NCBI GenBank assembly: GCA_951406725.2
Contig: OX597832.1
Span: 36,022,001 to 36,086,000, forward strand
Source of the DNA: Octopus vulgaris
Lineage: Eukaryota
DNA: 64,000 nt
Direction of reading: 5' to 3'
This document shows positions 28,808 to 44,930 of the stretch, piece by piece. A program made the position numbers and the translations under genes. The notes beneath the pieces were generated by a model that searched no databases, was not told the origin of the DNA, and saw only the letters and a program-made list of their open reading frames with translations. The stretch's first letter is position 1; every line of letters starts with the position of its first letter.

Positions 28808-29176
28808 AGGCGTGGCTGTGCGGTAAGCTAGCTTTCCAACCACATGGATCCGAGTTCAGTCCCACTGTGTGACATCCTGGACAAATGTCTTCTATCATAG
28901 CTTCGGGCCGACCAAAGCCTTATGAGTGGATTTGGTAGACGGAAACTGAAAGAAGCCCGTCGGGCGTTGCATGAGTGTGTGCGTGTGCGTGTGTGTGTGT
29001 GTGTTTGTCCCTCATCACCGTTAATGAGTTTGCGTCTCCGTAACTAAAAGAGGCCGACAGAATAAGCACTAGGCTTAAGAAATAAGTCCTGAGGTCGATT
29101 TGTTCGGCTAAAACCCCTCAGGGTGGTGCTCCAGCATGGCCGCAGTGAAATGGCTGAAACAAGTAAAAGAATAAAA
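28808..29176 (+). mobile_element. Full-length SINE family A
   Basis: A/B boxes, core, internal (GT)n and tail. Confidence 0.85.
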
Positions 29177-29650
29177 CAATATATGTTTACAAAGGCTACT
29201 ATTCCGACTCTAGTGTTAGAACGTCAGAATACAAACTATGGTATTTCAATGGATTTTGAGTATATTTTCCTGTAAATTATGTTAATTTCTCAGACGTTTC
29301 ATGTTTGTAGAGTGCGTTTTCAGTTTGTCTGGAACTGTTCAATAAAGGAAGAAAACTGTACAGTTTCACCATGCATGTAAACATCATACAATTTAGCTTC
29401 TTAACTTATTGACTTTCAGGATGCAAATGTACTCTGACTGCTGTGTTTAACACAATTAGTGTTCTAGAACACTAGCAGAATAAACTCAATTACGCACATA
29501 TAAAATTACACCTCTTTTTCTCGCACTTTCTACGTAGCTTCTGTTTTTCCTTTGCTTCTTATTCTCCATATCACTCTTTTTATCCAATATTTTCAGAATA
29601 AAAATAGTTAACACAAACAAACACAAATACAAACAGCTGTGAAAATTTCC

Positions 29651-29702
<52 letters not shown>

Positions 29703-30085
29703 GTATATATATGTATGTATGTATATGTATATGTATATGTATATGCATATATATATACACACACACATACATATATACACACACATATATAATGTGTGTG
29801 TGTGTGTTTTCAAGTACTATCCTTAAACTATCATTGGGTACACATTTTCATACATTAAAGCCGTTAGCTAATATGTTTCGAATACTTACTAATTATCTTT
29901 AACTTTTTAGCATTTGTGCAACCAAACTTTGTAAATTAGTTAAGTAAACATGTCTCATTTAAATACCAGTTACAAGAATTCGTATTTAGAGTTTAATATT
30001 TCCTGGCATTCTATACCCAATTTGTTAGTCTCCGACCTCTGAAGCTTGGCCTTCTCAGTCGATCACATTGTGTCGGTGGCGTAAT

Positions 30086-30142
<57 letters not shown>

Positions 30143-30314
30143 TACATACATACATGTAGTAAATCCCAAAAAGAACAAACACAAAAACGCTACAACGCGA
30201 GGGCGTGTTATAGGTAATGTATTATGAGACGCTCAGGAAAGGAAAGAAAGATGGTTTAACCGGGCCCATAGCGAGCGACATCACTATACTAGTCTAGTTT
30301 CGCTAAAGCTCATA

Positions 30315-30390
<76 letters not shown>

Positions 30391-30645
30391 GTATGTATGT
30401 ATGTATGTATGTATGTATGTATGTATGTATGTATGTACGTATACATACGAGCATATACACACGCATGAACATATACGTATATTCCAGATACATGTGTACA
30501 TATGTGTTTTTAAATGGTTTATAAACACCTTCCACGCTGCAATTGTTTTCGTTTCAGCACACGTTCTCAGATCAGGTCACTTGCTATGTAAGTACATCTC
30601 CGTAATATATATATATGTATGTGTATGTATGTATGTGCATGTATG

Positions 30646-30698
<53 letters not shown>

Positions 30699-30708
30699 GT
30701 ATGTATGA

Positions 30709-30766
<58 letters not shown>

Positions 30767-30776
30767 GTATGTATGA

Positions 30777-30808
<32 letters not shown>

Positions 30809-30936
30809 CCACTTCAACATGACTGTCCATTCGAACGGACTTTACTGCGATTTTTTAACCCCAAGAGGACATCTCCCTCAGCTGGTTAACGATGCACAGA
30901 TGCAGCCGAGAAATTGCTAGCAGGGGAGCGATTCCT

Positions 30937-31050
30937 CTCACAAGGCTTTGGTCAGCCCGAAGCTACACAAGACACTCGCTTAGGTGCCACGCAGTGGGAC
31001 TGAACCCGGAGCCATATGGTTAGGAAGAAAACTTCTTATCGCAGAGGCAT
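30937..31050 (-). mobile_element. SINE family A head fragment
   Basis: CTCACAAGGCTTTGGTC...GGTGCCACGCAGTGGGACTGAACCCGG. Confidence 0.7.
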
Positions 31051-31527
31051 ATACATTACATACATGCCTGCACCCATCCATCTCTCCGTCCCTCCCTCCC
31101 GCTCTCCTTCCCTCCCTCCAAACATACATACATACCTGTTGTTGACCCTGAAAATCCAGTGAAGGAACCTTGTATCTAGACTAGAAGCAGGTTCTTTCTC
31201 TATTGGCAAGAAATCTTGAAATAAACTAAATAATGACATACATACGTACAGGCGTATTATGCCTGCATATATACGTGACTGGTTGCAATTTTTACACAAA
31301 ACAACAAAGAATATTCAGTTATGAAGACATTGCCGAGGGTTTATAATACAGTTTCGTGTGATGGTGGTAATTTCTTAGTTTCTGTAGATACGACACGTTA
31401 TGGATTAAGTCAAACACTACGCCCAGTAGGTTGCTGCGGAATTCCTAAGTGCAAAGCACTTCAGGTAAAAATAAATACAAAACTGGGTCATTATATGTGT
31501 GTGTATGTATGTATGTACGTACGTATG

Positions 31528-31563
<36 letters not shown>

Positions 31564-31801
31564 TGTATGTATGTATGTATGTATGTATGTATGTATGTGT
31601 GTATGTATCCTCAGAGTCTAAGTTATTAGTTCAGGGACCATTACAAAAAATCGGAAATATATTTCGAGTTATAAATCGATATATAGGTATACAGACAGAC
31701 AGACAGAAAGACAGGCAGACATCAGACAGATCGATCAATCGATAGTTAGATAGATTGAAAGAAGGAAATAAAGATAGGTAGATAGATAGATACATACATA
31801 T

Positions 31802-31847
<46 letters not shown>

Positions 31848-31900
31848 GCAGAAAGAGAGAGGGAGAGGGAGAGACAGATAGACATACATACATACAGATG

Positions 31901-31988
<88 letters not shown>

Positions 31989-32358
31989 TTAATCGAAGGA
32001 TGCAATATTATATATCCACCACAGCCGATCTTATCAATCGGTTTCGCACTAGGGATTCAGCAGGATGGTAGATAAGAGCCCAATTATGCAACCCTATGCT
32101 TTTCAGAGATAGCAGTTATGAAAGAAACTTTTACGGGTATATTTTCTTCCATAATATATTTTCTTCAAATATATATATATAGATAAATTATTAGCTCTAA
32201 ATCTCATATGTGTGTATATATATGTGTGTGTATGCAGGTATGTATGTCTGCATATACATATGTATGTGTGTATGTTTGTGTGCGTATTTGTGTGTGCATG
32301 TTTGTGTGTGTGTATGTACTTATGTATGTATGCGTGCATGCACACAGATATAAAGATT

Positions 32359-32416
<58 letters not shown>

Positions 32417-34007
32417 CATACATACATACATACATACATACATACATACATACATACATACATACATACATACATGCATACATACTTACATGCATGCAAA
32501 CGCATATACAAACAAACAGTAGTATTTCTGTTTTAAGTCTGAGTGATTATCTATCCACAGTATGAGAAAAACAGTTAGCATGCAAAAAAATGGAAAAGTA
32601 GAGAATGCTTGTGTAATTACTCTGTAAAGGAAGGAAATGAAATCTACGTTTTAGACTTTTGTCCTTTTTCACCAAAGAAGGAACGAAAAAAATTTGAAAG
32701 GTAAATGTAATGAACAATTAGCAATAAAGAATGCTGGAATGTAGGACAGGAATTTGGTGGAGTTTATGGTTTCCAACTGAGAAAAGTATGGCAACACTAA
32801 GAGAAACAAGGGAGCGGAGTGGAGTGAAGAATGTGTGGGTTTTTATGTTTGTGTTGTGTGTGTGTCCGTGTGTGCACGTGTGTCTGTGTGTGTTTATGTT
32901 TTCCAGTTTCAGCTCTTGAGCTGTGGCCATGTTTGTGTGTGTCTGTATCTGTGTGCAAGTGTGTGCAAGTGTGTGTGTAGAAGGGAGTAAATTGCAGGTG
33001 CAGGTATTTTTAGGTGTATATATATATATATGTATATTTGTGTGCGTGGGAGATAGTATGAGTGTGTGAGGAAAGCGAGTCAAATATCAATAACAGCCTG
33101 AGTCTGTGTTTCGTCGAAAGGCTTAATTGTTGCGCACGACGAAGCCGGAAAAGCGGAGCTCTGTTTGCGTAATCAGAGAAATAGCAAGGTGCAAGTGGGC
33201 TATATAAATGTATGTGTATACATACATGCATACATACATACATACATACATACATACATACATGCATACATACATACATACATACATACATACATACATA
33301 CATACATACATACATACGCACACACACATATGTATACACATGTATGTACATATAGGTCTGTTTATATGCACACATGTATACACATACACGTATTCTTATA
33401 CTGACTTGTCTCTATGTGTATAGCATGTGTCTGTGAGAGATAATCTACGACCTCAGTATATACGTGTAGAGAGTCTAAATTATTACACAAAACCAGTGAA
33501 AATAATAATGCTTTCATTGATGTGTCAATATTCCATTCACCAACGTTAACTGTTTTCGTTTCTACTACTTTATTAAAGTTTCAAGCACTCATCTAAATAC
33601 ACACAAAATCAATTGATGTTCTGCTGTTTATATGAAAAGAGCGGAAGATGTATTGTTCACCGCTTTCATAGTATGCTCTAAAATACAGTTATATATATAT
33701 ATAATATCGTAGAAAAATATGAAATTGAAGTTTATCATTTTCCTGATTCTGTTAGTTTGATATCACTTTCTTCTCTGAAATACAGCATTAACAGAAGTTA
33801 AGATACCGTATATATGATGTAATATCAAAACTATATTACACTGTACGGTTTTATAAAGTCTCTTCCTCCCACGTCAACTTTGACTTTCATTATTCCGCGA
33901 CGATAAAATGAAGTATTATTAAATCTAATACATAACACATCAGAATTATATATAACATGACATTATATATATGTCATATAACTTAGGATGATGTATATCA
34001 CAACATA

Positions 34008-34505
<498 letters not shown>

Positions 34506-36363
34506 TGCTGCTGTAACTTGATAAAACACCTGTACGAAGAAGACGGAAATCCATTTGGGATTTTTGACAAACAAAACTTTTATTCTTCTCGTAAACAAAA
34601 AGCAAATATTGTCCTTACTATGAACAACAAAACGTCGAGAGAGAAAAGTGCGGAAAGATGGAATTGTTGCTGGAACCTGTTCTAGGCGAAGTCATGATTG
34701 GTTAGAATTTTTCTTTATCACGTGGGTAATATTCTAGCAAATCGCGACATCGGATAAAATGATTTGATTGGTGGATATTCCCGCTGCACATCCAATAAGA
34801 AATGATATGACTTTGCAGTCTGTTTTAACCTCATTGCATTATGTCGACTTGGTTTACCTTGAAGTGGATACTGGTGAAATACTAGGACTCATTTTGTTCA
34901 AACTACAGAAAAATCAACCTTGTCCACTCTTCTGCCGACTCCTTCTATTGAAGTTAACGGAAGAAATGAATATATTTTGATACAAAGTATTTGTTTAGGT
35001 GACGAGGTACAGTCGATTACACTTCGGTATCTGGCCGGTTTTTATTTACTGATCTCGGAGTTCAAATCCCACTAAAATCAACCGCCACGGGATTTGATCT
35101 TAGAACCTAAAGGTGCTAAATTTAAAACCTCAGTACATTATGTCCAATGCCCTACTGATTTTAATCTTTTTCCAGGTTGTAATGCCTCACTTTACTCTCA
35201 ATTTCGGGGAAGCATTTTGCCTTTATTGCTAAAGATCCGTAATGTGAGATACCAGTAATATATCAGGGTTGATTCATTTGAATATTTCAGGTTTCTCCTT
35301 TACCGATGAAACAAGCAAGTTTTGTTTGTGTGCTGTGCTATATTTTAAAGCTTACCTGGTATAATATTATTATGTGATCGATCTGCATTAGATTGCTATT
35401 GGGTTGACCCCCACCATTTAGATCAATCACCATTTAGATCAATAATGTTTTCAGGAACAGCATGAACAATTTCAAGGAGATTTATAGAGTTTTATATTAT
35501 CACGAGGACAACATGAGCTATTTCTTATCCCGTATATTTTGTATGGAATCTAAGCAGAATACAAAGCTCTGGATTAGTGTTTGAAATAAAAGTGATAATA
35601 CACTTAGCCTTCTCCACACATTACGGCTTATAGGAAGCATTTTAATATTGAAATCAGTACGTGCCATTCGATTACATCGATATTATTCTAATCCTAACAG
35701 TGTATGGATTTATTCGCTCTGCTTCACAAGTACATCAAATGAAGAACCGGTTAAGAATGATTCGGAACTTTGTAGCAGCACCTGTCTTCAAAGTTGGGCG
35801 TGTTTTTTGTTTTTTTAAAAATAGATCTATTCCTATGGAGACACAATTTGACTGTAGTGTGATAACTAATAACAACATTTCACTGCCTTCAGGGACCGAG
35901 GATAAAGTCAGGAGCTAAGAAGAGAAGGAGGGAGAATTGCCAAAAGATTGAGTGGTTGATTTTGGGGTTTTTCCAAACGATTTGTATTACTATCTTCTTG
36001 CAGTTGTTCCTTTACTTTCAAAGCAAGATTATGTGTGTGCATGTACACACACGCTTATAAACATATATACACACAGAAATATGCGCTTAAACATAACTAT
36101 GCATATATGCACGAACTCAAACAAACTAAAAGAAGATGTGTATATTCATTTAGTATCAACAGTATTGAACCCGAAAGGAGGAAATAGTAACTAGAAGGTG
36201 ACGAAATCGTTGTGATCTCGAATCGAACGCTGAAGAGAGGACTATTTCAAAGTGCAGACTGAATGTGAAATTATATATTAGGTAAGAAAATATACAAGTA
36301 TATGTACAATATACGTATATGTGTGTGCTATAAATATATATATATATATATATTTATATATAA

Positions 36364-36445
<82 letters not shown>

Positions 36446-36647
36446 AGGGGCGAGTATATATATATATATGTAATGATTGCATTGTTAAATAGAGTTGCAT
36501 GAAACGATCGTACTGCATTACCTCTAGATATCCTTGTTGCTTATTTTGATTTTAATCGCCTTACTTTGAAATTGTATAGATAATACCATACTAAATTCTG
36601 GTGTCTCCACTAAAGTACCATATTCATTTGAATCTAAATTTTTGCTG

Positions 36648-36696
<49 letters not shown>

Positions 36697-36953
36697 TACA
36701 CACACACACACACAATACATATTACTTAATCACAAAATATATCAAATTTGCGTGGAAAATCAATTATGCTAGCCATTTAGAGCAAATACTAAACTCCCTA
36801 TACCGTCACATTGTAACACAGCTACAACATTTCTTCGGAGGAATCCAGGAAATGCCGGCAGCAAGTTTCCGTCAGAATGATAACACACACACACACTATG
36901 CCCACGCACACACACTGATACATTCATAATACATATATATATACATACATACA

Positions 36954-37011
<58 letters not shown>

Positions 37012-37039
37012 ATAATACATACACATACACACACACACA

Positions 37040-37085
<46 letters not shown>

Positions 37086-37459
37086 CATCTGCCCATACAT
37101 ACAGACATACATACATGCACAAGTATACACAGACTATTGTATTTAAGCATACGCGTAAATGTATGTCTTTATATATTTATGTGTGTGTGTGTATGCATAT
37201 ATATACGTGTGCATACATGCGTGTATCGGTATGCCTGTTTATCTTCAAAGATTTACACACACACATACGTGCGCAAACACATGCGCGCGCAGTCACACAT
37301 TACACATGAGCAAGCAGTCTACGAATTCCACGCAGTCGCACATTGCACAGGCATATTTCTATAGATTTACTTACAGAATAAATCACTCTCTTATTCACTT
37401 TTATCATACTCAATTGTTCACATATACAATTGAACATGCTTCAACTGTGTACAACAACA

Positions 37460-37524
<65 letters not shown>

Positions 37525-38082
37525 CATATATACTAATTTGTATATATATATATATATATAAACATATATATACATTTATACAAACAACGACACATACACA
37601 CATCATACATACATACACACATGCACACACACACATATATTTAAGACTTTCACCTGTTCACACGCGTACTTCCGCATAGTCACCAGTAAAGTTGTGCATG
37701 AAAATATAACAGAAAACAACAACCAAAAATTACTAAAATTTATCTCAGTTTTAACAAATGATCATTGCAAGAAATAACTTTTTTTTTTATAGGCGCATGC
37801 TTATATTAATGTAATTCTATGAGATCAACCGGAAATCTCTAAGCATGATTCGTTTAACACTGTTGTTTGATTCTTCTAGTTGAGAATTTCATCATGAACG
37901 AATTCACGTCCAAATCGTTATTTATGGATATATGTGGAGCGATAGAACAGTGGAATCCCCAGTGAACTAGTTAGAACGTCTTACAGTATTTTCTTTTTAC
38001 CCTCTGCATATTAATTGTTCAAATTTTGCTGAGGTTGACAATTTCTTTTTCATTCCTTCTTGGTCTATAAAATCAATGTTAC

Positions 38083-38325
38083 TGATTTCATAGGAGGGTT
38101 GCAATCAGAAAACCACTACTTTCAAAAACAAATGCTGCAAAGCGTTTAGAGTGGAGTAAAAACCTACAGAATTGGTCCCTGGAGCAGTGGAAGAACGTTA
38201 TATTCTCGGACGAATCCATACCTCATAGAATCCAAGCTGTAATTACTGCAGAAGGTGGTCCTACCCCATATTAAAATACATTTACTTGAAATTTTAAGTT
38301 GTTTCCATTATTTTGTCTAACTCCT

Positions 38326-38326
<1 letters not shown>
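38083..38326 (+). mobile_element. Tc1-like transposon fragment, internally deleted, with right TIR
   Basis: RVAIRKPLLSKTNAAKRLEWSKNLQNWSLEQWKNVIFSDES (first catalytic D) fused to PHRIQAVITAEGGPTPY* (Tc1 C-terminus). Ends ...CTCCTG before (TA)n. Confidence 0.8.
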
Positions 38327-38378
<52 letters not shown>

Positions 38379-38480
38379 GAGAGAGAGAGAGAGAGAAAGA
38401 AAGAAAGAGAGAAAGAGAGACAGATACATACATACATACATATATATATATACATACACATATATACACATGCATATATA

Positions 38481-38568
<88 letters not shown>

Positions 38569-39189
38569 GAGAGAGAGAGAGAGAGAGAGAGAAAGCAAGA
38601 GAGTGAGAGAAAGAGATGGATTTCTGGTTTGGGCGTAAGATCATTGATTTTAGAGTCGAGGAGGCCGAGTTACTGTATTTCTCAAATGTATTAATAACAA
38701 AGTGTATAAAATATATATTGCTTCCTTATTTTGTCCTTTAATATAAAGCTGACCGACAACATCAACGGAGTGATTATAGTGTTGTTTTCCCTCATGGGTG
38801 GAATATATTAAAATATGATAGGCTTCTAGAAACAAAGATACCACTTTAATATTATTCCGAGATCAATACGAAGCAGGGATTTCATGAACAGTTCTAATTT
38901 TTTTTTTCTGCGGTCTTGCATTATTGATCTTTGCAGATATAATTATTAAATGACAGAATGTTTCGGCGAAATGGCTCAACCTGTTTAGTTGGGGTATAGC
39001 AATGACAGCGTCATCTAAGAGAATTGCATGACTCACTGTTCACCGCGCTAAATTCATTTGCTCTTATCGAAGTTTCTTACTGTATCGCCAATGAATATCT
39101 AAATAACTATTTTTTTACTTGATTATATCCCACCCCCTCACCGATTTGCTGAAAATAGATGTTGCTGCACATTTAGAAATAGTGTGTAA

Positions 39190-39580
39190 TGACCGGATAC
39201 GTAATAGTAGTTGTCTGTACAGGCAGCCACGGTCTGTTGATGGGAAATAGAAAGACAGAGTATCTTGATGTTAACTTGAAGAGACACGATGCATTGTTGT
39301 TGACCAATGGACACAGTCCGTTGCTGTTGAAAGACTGTAAATGTTGAATGGATACATTTGTCTGTTGTTACCTGGATAGACACAGTCTGATGCGGTTGAA
39401 GGCATAGAATAGTCTGTTGTTGTTGACTAGACATACCAGTCTGTTGTTGCTGATTGGACAGAAACTGTCTGTAAATATCGCGAAGTTAGACACAGTCTAT
39501 AGATGTCGGTAATATAGTCTGTTGAGATTTTACCATACAGACAACTCTGTTGACTAAGACTAGATAGACTTAGTCTATAA
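39190..39580. repeat. Old degenerate minisatellite, ~25-27-bp unit (TAGACACAGTCTGTTG...)
   Basis: Recurrent GACACAGTCTGTTG-like words. Confidence 0.5.
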
Positions 39581-40892
39581 ATATTAACTTCGTAGAAAAT
39601 TTTGTTGTTGAAAGGAGGGTCTGTGGATGTTGTGTGGTTAGGTAATACGTAGATGGCGGCTATATATACGATTTAAGGTTCTATAATGTATGAAGTTAAA
39701 GTTTTTCTATAGAGTATGCCGGCGAAAATAGGATAAATTATATCAACCACTATTAATTTAAACTGTACAAAAATCCAAGAATAGTTATGGATGACTTGTA
39801 GTAGGTCTACCATTGTAACAGCTACCTCTGTGGTAAAATTAATTTTACGACTTTTTAATAGCCACAAATCTAAGCAGGAAAAATTCCTATCAGGTCTTTC
39901 AAAGAATTCCAAATTGGAATTATAAGTTGAAAAAAACCTGTCTACCATTGCACCTCTTACAAATCAGTGTCCCCAGTTGAATAAGTTACTGCTTTGTAAG
40001 TACTTTTATCATTAAATATACACGAAGCCTCCTGAATTTGGAAATCAACCTAAACAACTGTATCGATCACATTAGCTAATATACGCATTTATACAGCAGT
40101 GTATAGATGTTAGCAAGAATTTTGCCATAGAAAACGAGTGTTTTGAATTTGTAATTTCATTTTTCCTATTTCTCATCTTTCTGCCTCTCTTTATATTCTC
40201 TTTGAACTGTTGCACATATTCTACCATATATTATTGCAGATGATTTGTTCTTTCATGTTTCTCCGCTTTTTAATCTTCTCACTATTTAACCTTTCTTTCC
40301 TATATCGGTTCATCCTGGCAGTTGTCTCAATGAAAAGGGTCAGCCGGTTTTCAATCAATTCTATTTGGTCCTGAGCTCTGTTAAGCATTAATATGGCTGA
40401 CACTGAAGAGTTCTAAAGACGACGTAACTGTTATAACAAGACTACAGACAACACCTAAACAGTTTACAAATTGAACACTAAATAGGCGATTGTAAGCAAT
40501 GATTAATATTATAACATTCTTTCGCTCTCTTTTCTAATGAAATAACGTAGATTTTTCTGAAACAGCAGTTTTGGGGAATGAATAGTACTCCTGATTCTAA
40601 CATTACGTTTAACCACCATCTTTGAAGAAACTTTCCCAATTTTTTTTTGATAATATTCGCTAAACTTATTATTTTTCTGTTTTTTGGACAGATTCTTGTA
40701 TTTTTTTACCAACTGTTCCGCTTATCTATTTATAATAATTGCCAGACGATATCTGTTTCTTGAAATAGATAATTTCTCTCTCTCTCTCCCACCCGCTCTC
40801 TCTCTCTCTCCATATTTCTCACTCACTATATATATGTGTGGGGTTTATGTTTGTGCGTATGTGTGTGTGTGTGTGCATGTATGCATATATAT

Positions 40893-40915
40893 GTAGGAGT
40901 AGCTGTGTGGTATAC

Positions 40916-40965
<50 letters not shown>

Positions 40966-41192
40966 GGAGTGACTGTATGTATGTATTCGTGTCTGTATTT
41001 GTCCACCTTCCATCTCTTGACACCGATATTTGTGTGTTTGCATCCATGTAACTTAGCGGATCGGCAAAAAGAGACTGATAGAATAAGTACTAGGCTTACA
41101 AAGAATAAGTCCTGGGGTCGATTTATTCGACTAAAGGCGGTGCTCCAGCAAGGCCGCAGTCAAATGACTGAAACAAGTAAAAAAATAAAAGA
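40893..41192 (+). mobile_element. SINE family A, head remnant plus 3' half
   Basis: GTAGGAGTAGCTGTGTGGTA followed by (TA)n and the family A tail. Confidence 0.75.
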
Positions 41193-41235
41193 ATATTTAT
41201 ATATGTACACACACGCGCGCACACACACACGCGCG

Positions 41236-41306
<71 letters not shown>

Positions 41307-42424
41307 TTCGCTTAGGCATTACGATACCAATAACCTGGTGTAGAACTGAATATACGCGTGTTTCTTGATGAAGCGTTAGTGAAGCGCAGGGGGCGATAAT
41401 AAGGCAAAAAGAGATGGCAAAGGAATAAACGATTATCTTATGAACTTCATTAGCTCACAGCTGTTTCCGCTACAAGATGCGGTGAACTTATAATTGAGTG
41501 CCTGAATAACACATTATAGCTCCATAATAGCCTCAAGTATGAAGATCACTTTATTTTGGAAAACAACTACATTTATGTATATGCACAGGAAAAGCAGTAC
41601 CAATATAACACACGCACACACACACACACATCTGTACGAATGCACGTATATGTATACAAACACACATACACATTATGCTGTACGTTTGTGCAGTCAATAC
41701 ATTTGCCTTATGTATCAATGTTAGGTGTGTATATGTGTGTTTGAGTGTATTTGCGCATACGTAGGTGTAAATCTCAATCTGAATGTTCCTGAGAAACTTA
41801 TCTACATTTTTCCAAACACTCGTTCCATTTCTTGGCGTTGTTCAGTTACGATCAGCGCTTCTGTCAATTGACGCCGCTCTAAACACACTCCATTTACCAC
41901 CAAACTGATTTCCTAATGCGGAATAAATGTCTATTATCTAAGATCAATGTAGATGTGTTTTTCCTCCTTCTTTCTATAATTCTCTGTCCATGATGAAGAA
42001 ATAATGAGCGATGATTTTTCTCAATTTAGCACTCTTTAGAAAACAAGCAGCCGGCCATTTTCCTTGCAGCAGATAGTCAAATCACTGCACTAATTCAGAT
42101 GCTGAATTGGTTCAGCTGCAATCAGCACCCAGAATATGGAGAGAGTTATTTTTCCTTTGCCGTCTTTCCTCTTCGTTGATAGCTAATTATTATTCTTTAC
42201 GTGCTTTTCTGCATGCAACCCTAAATACGTCATTCGCTTTCAAGCAGTAACACGCTACAAACATAATTTATTGGCGAGCTTTCTTCCAACCTCTCTCATT
42301 TCTACCATTACTTCGACATTTCCTGCTCAACTGAACAAGTTTGGGTCGTCTGCGCTTCCGACTAGACTGGATAATTCAAGAAAGTACTATGCACTTGTGT
42401 GTGTGTGTGTATGTGTGTGTGTTT

Positions 42425-42467
<43 letters not shown>

Positions 42468-43318
42468 TGTGTGTCTGTGTACGCGCGCGCTTCTTCAGGT
42501 GTCAAAATTTTCGGCACACGACTGCGACCTGGTCGTTGTCGCGCTACCATTCCGTAAAACTATGTCAAGTACCAGTTCGTAGCTGTGCCGAATTTTATTA
42601 TAAGACAGACAATGTAAACTGGAGGGAATTTTTATCTTTGATGCTACAATCGGTAGCAACTACACTAATAGCAACATAAACGACAACGTTAGCAACAACA
42701 TTGATAGTGAAAATAACGATGGCAAAAACGTTAGTTACTACTAGCAGTGACTATGTTTCTATTACTTGTGGCATGTTTACGCGTCACCGGGCGAGCTGAA
42801 GTAGTCGTTAAATTTCCCTCAAACCTATCGTCTTAAAATGGAAAAGACACAATTTGGTTCTAGATGCACCATCGGCCGATTGGGAGTGGTCTGAGGCTAA
42901 TCACTCACAACAACGTCATATCACGTGATACGTCTATTCAAAAGAGACAGTAATTCTCATTTGCGACACAATGTCAATACCAACTTATATGACCAACTGA
43001 GATAATTAAACTATCAATAAATTAATTAATTACTTAATTAGTTAATTAATCAGCAGAAAGTTCATTGTAATTAATTTTCACAGGATTTGTATGAAAACTG
43101 TTAACTTAGCCATAATTATTTCGATGCTATCAAAATTTAACCTTTTCCCCGGCATTTGCAGATTTTTAAAATTAGACATAACCGTGCAAAGCAGATCTTC
43201 GAAAAAGACATGAACTTCAGACAATTTCAATTTCCTCCCGTCAATAGCTCAAAATCCTGTGCTGTCTATTTACTTATGCACGCGCGCACACACATACACA
43301 CATCTATGTAGTACTTAC

Positions 43319-43349
<31 letters not shown>

Positions 43350-44365
43350 TGTATGTATGTATGTATGTGTATATTGCCATCAACTAAATTTGAACTCATG
43401 TCTTCTAGACTGCTATTCATCCTTGTTAACTATCATTCAAAAGTCTACGATTAGCTTGCCATTTTGTCTATTCACCGTTCCGTCTCATGAATACAACATT
43501 CCAGTCTGTGAGAGAGTCAGATATTCAATAACCAATCTGGAAAATATGAGAAAGTAAAGAAAAAAACTTGGATATTCGTTTATTATATTTTATAAATCAA
43601 ATATATCCATAAGTTGACAACTGTTCACTGTAAACTTTCGTCTGTTCTCTGCAGTATAGCAAATAGAGTCGGAATCAATACAATGCATTTGATGTATAGA
43701 ATGATCTTGTATATTCATGCACTCACACAATCGTGCACACAAGACGGTATAATAGAAACCAACATATCCACACACACACACACATAACTGTATGCAATTC
43801 AAACGACTTGAATAATATCTCCGTTCGTATTGGAAAGTCGAAAAGGACAAAGGTGTTATGTAGAAGGTTGGAAAAAGCAATGATGGAAAACGGTCAGACA
43901 ATGAAGATTTGGATAACATTCGATTATGATCGACATTTCGGTGACACATTCAATATTAATGTAACAATAGTTTTATAGATATTAGGGATCGTGCATGCTA
44001 GCTCACACACACCCAGAAATAGGCATATTTCTAATACCGAAATATCGATCACCACTGCTATCATTTATTATTCGTATTATTAGTAGTATCAATGCTGCTA
44101 TTGATTCTCTGTATGTGTATTAATGGCAACATTGGCTTTCCGATAAACATAAAGATATAAATCAGCTAATATGGTTTGTCACAATGGGTAGTTTGATTCC
44201 ACCGAAGAGTCAATGTAGACCGGAAGAAAAAAGAAGTCGATTTCCGGTTGACATTTTCATATACTCAATATCAGATTGCTGCGTGACTTTTCTTTCCTTA
44301 CTTATACTTTTGTAGACGTGAAACATAGTCACAAATACACAGACGAATGTAATAAAGTATATATG

Positions 44366-44406
<41 letters not shown>

Positions 44407-44646
44407 CATATAAGAGGGATGACCAATACATACATACATAAACACATGCGCACGCACGCACGCACTAACATGCACGCACACACACACACACACACACTCA
44501 CACACACAGACACACACACAGACACTCAGACACACACACACATACAAAGACTGGGAATGAGAAACTCCGAGTATCGACCCACGCAGAATCAACAGTAAAT
44601 AGATAATATGTGTGTGATTGAGTGCATATAAATATATTATAATATA

Positions 44647-44723
<77 letters not shown>

Positions 44724-44879
44724 GATTATATATATCACGAAAGCCCTCACACACTAGAAAAACTTCTTCCCAAAAAAGATAAGTAATATCCTGGTTTCAT
44801 AACATTTTTATAAAAAATAATTTTTGTAAAAACTTACCTTTACACTTCAAAACTGTATTAAGTGATTCTCATAGACTTT

Positions 44880-44930
<51 letters not shown>

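Noticed and set aside
39700-40080. Possible Penelope GIY-YIG endonuclease remnants (here on +, and 52640-53060 on -)
   Set aside because: Only faint motif resemblance across stops and frameshifts. It needs a translated HMM search, and would matter as an autonomous partner if confirmed.
40398-40440. Isolated CTGANGA words (also near 15646, 36230, 44200, 53340 and 63217)
   Set aside because: No properly placed helix II plus GAAA plus helix I partner; expected by chance.
42503-42597. Short inverted repeat TTCGGCACA / TGTGCCGAA
   Set aside because: Arms are only about 12 bp with no TSD or second copy in the window.
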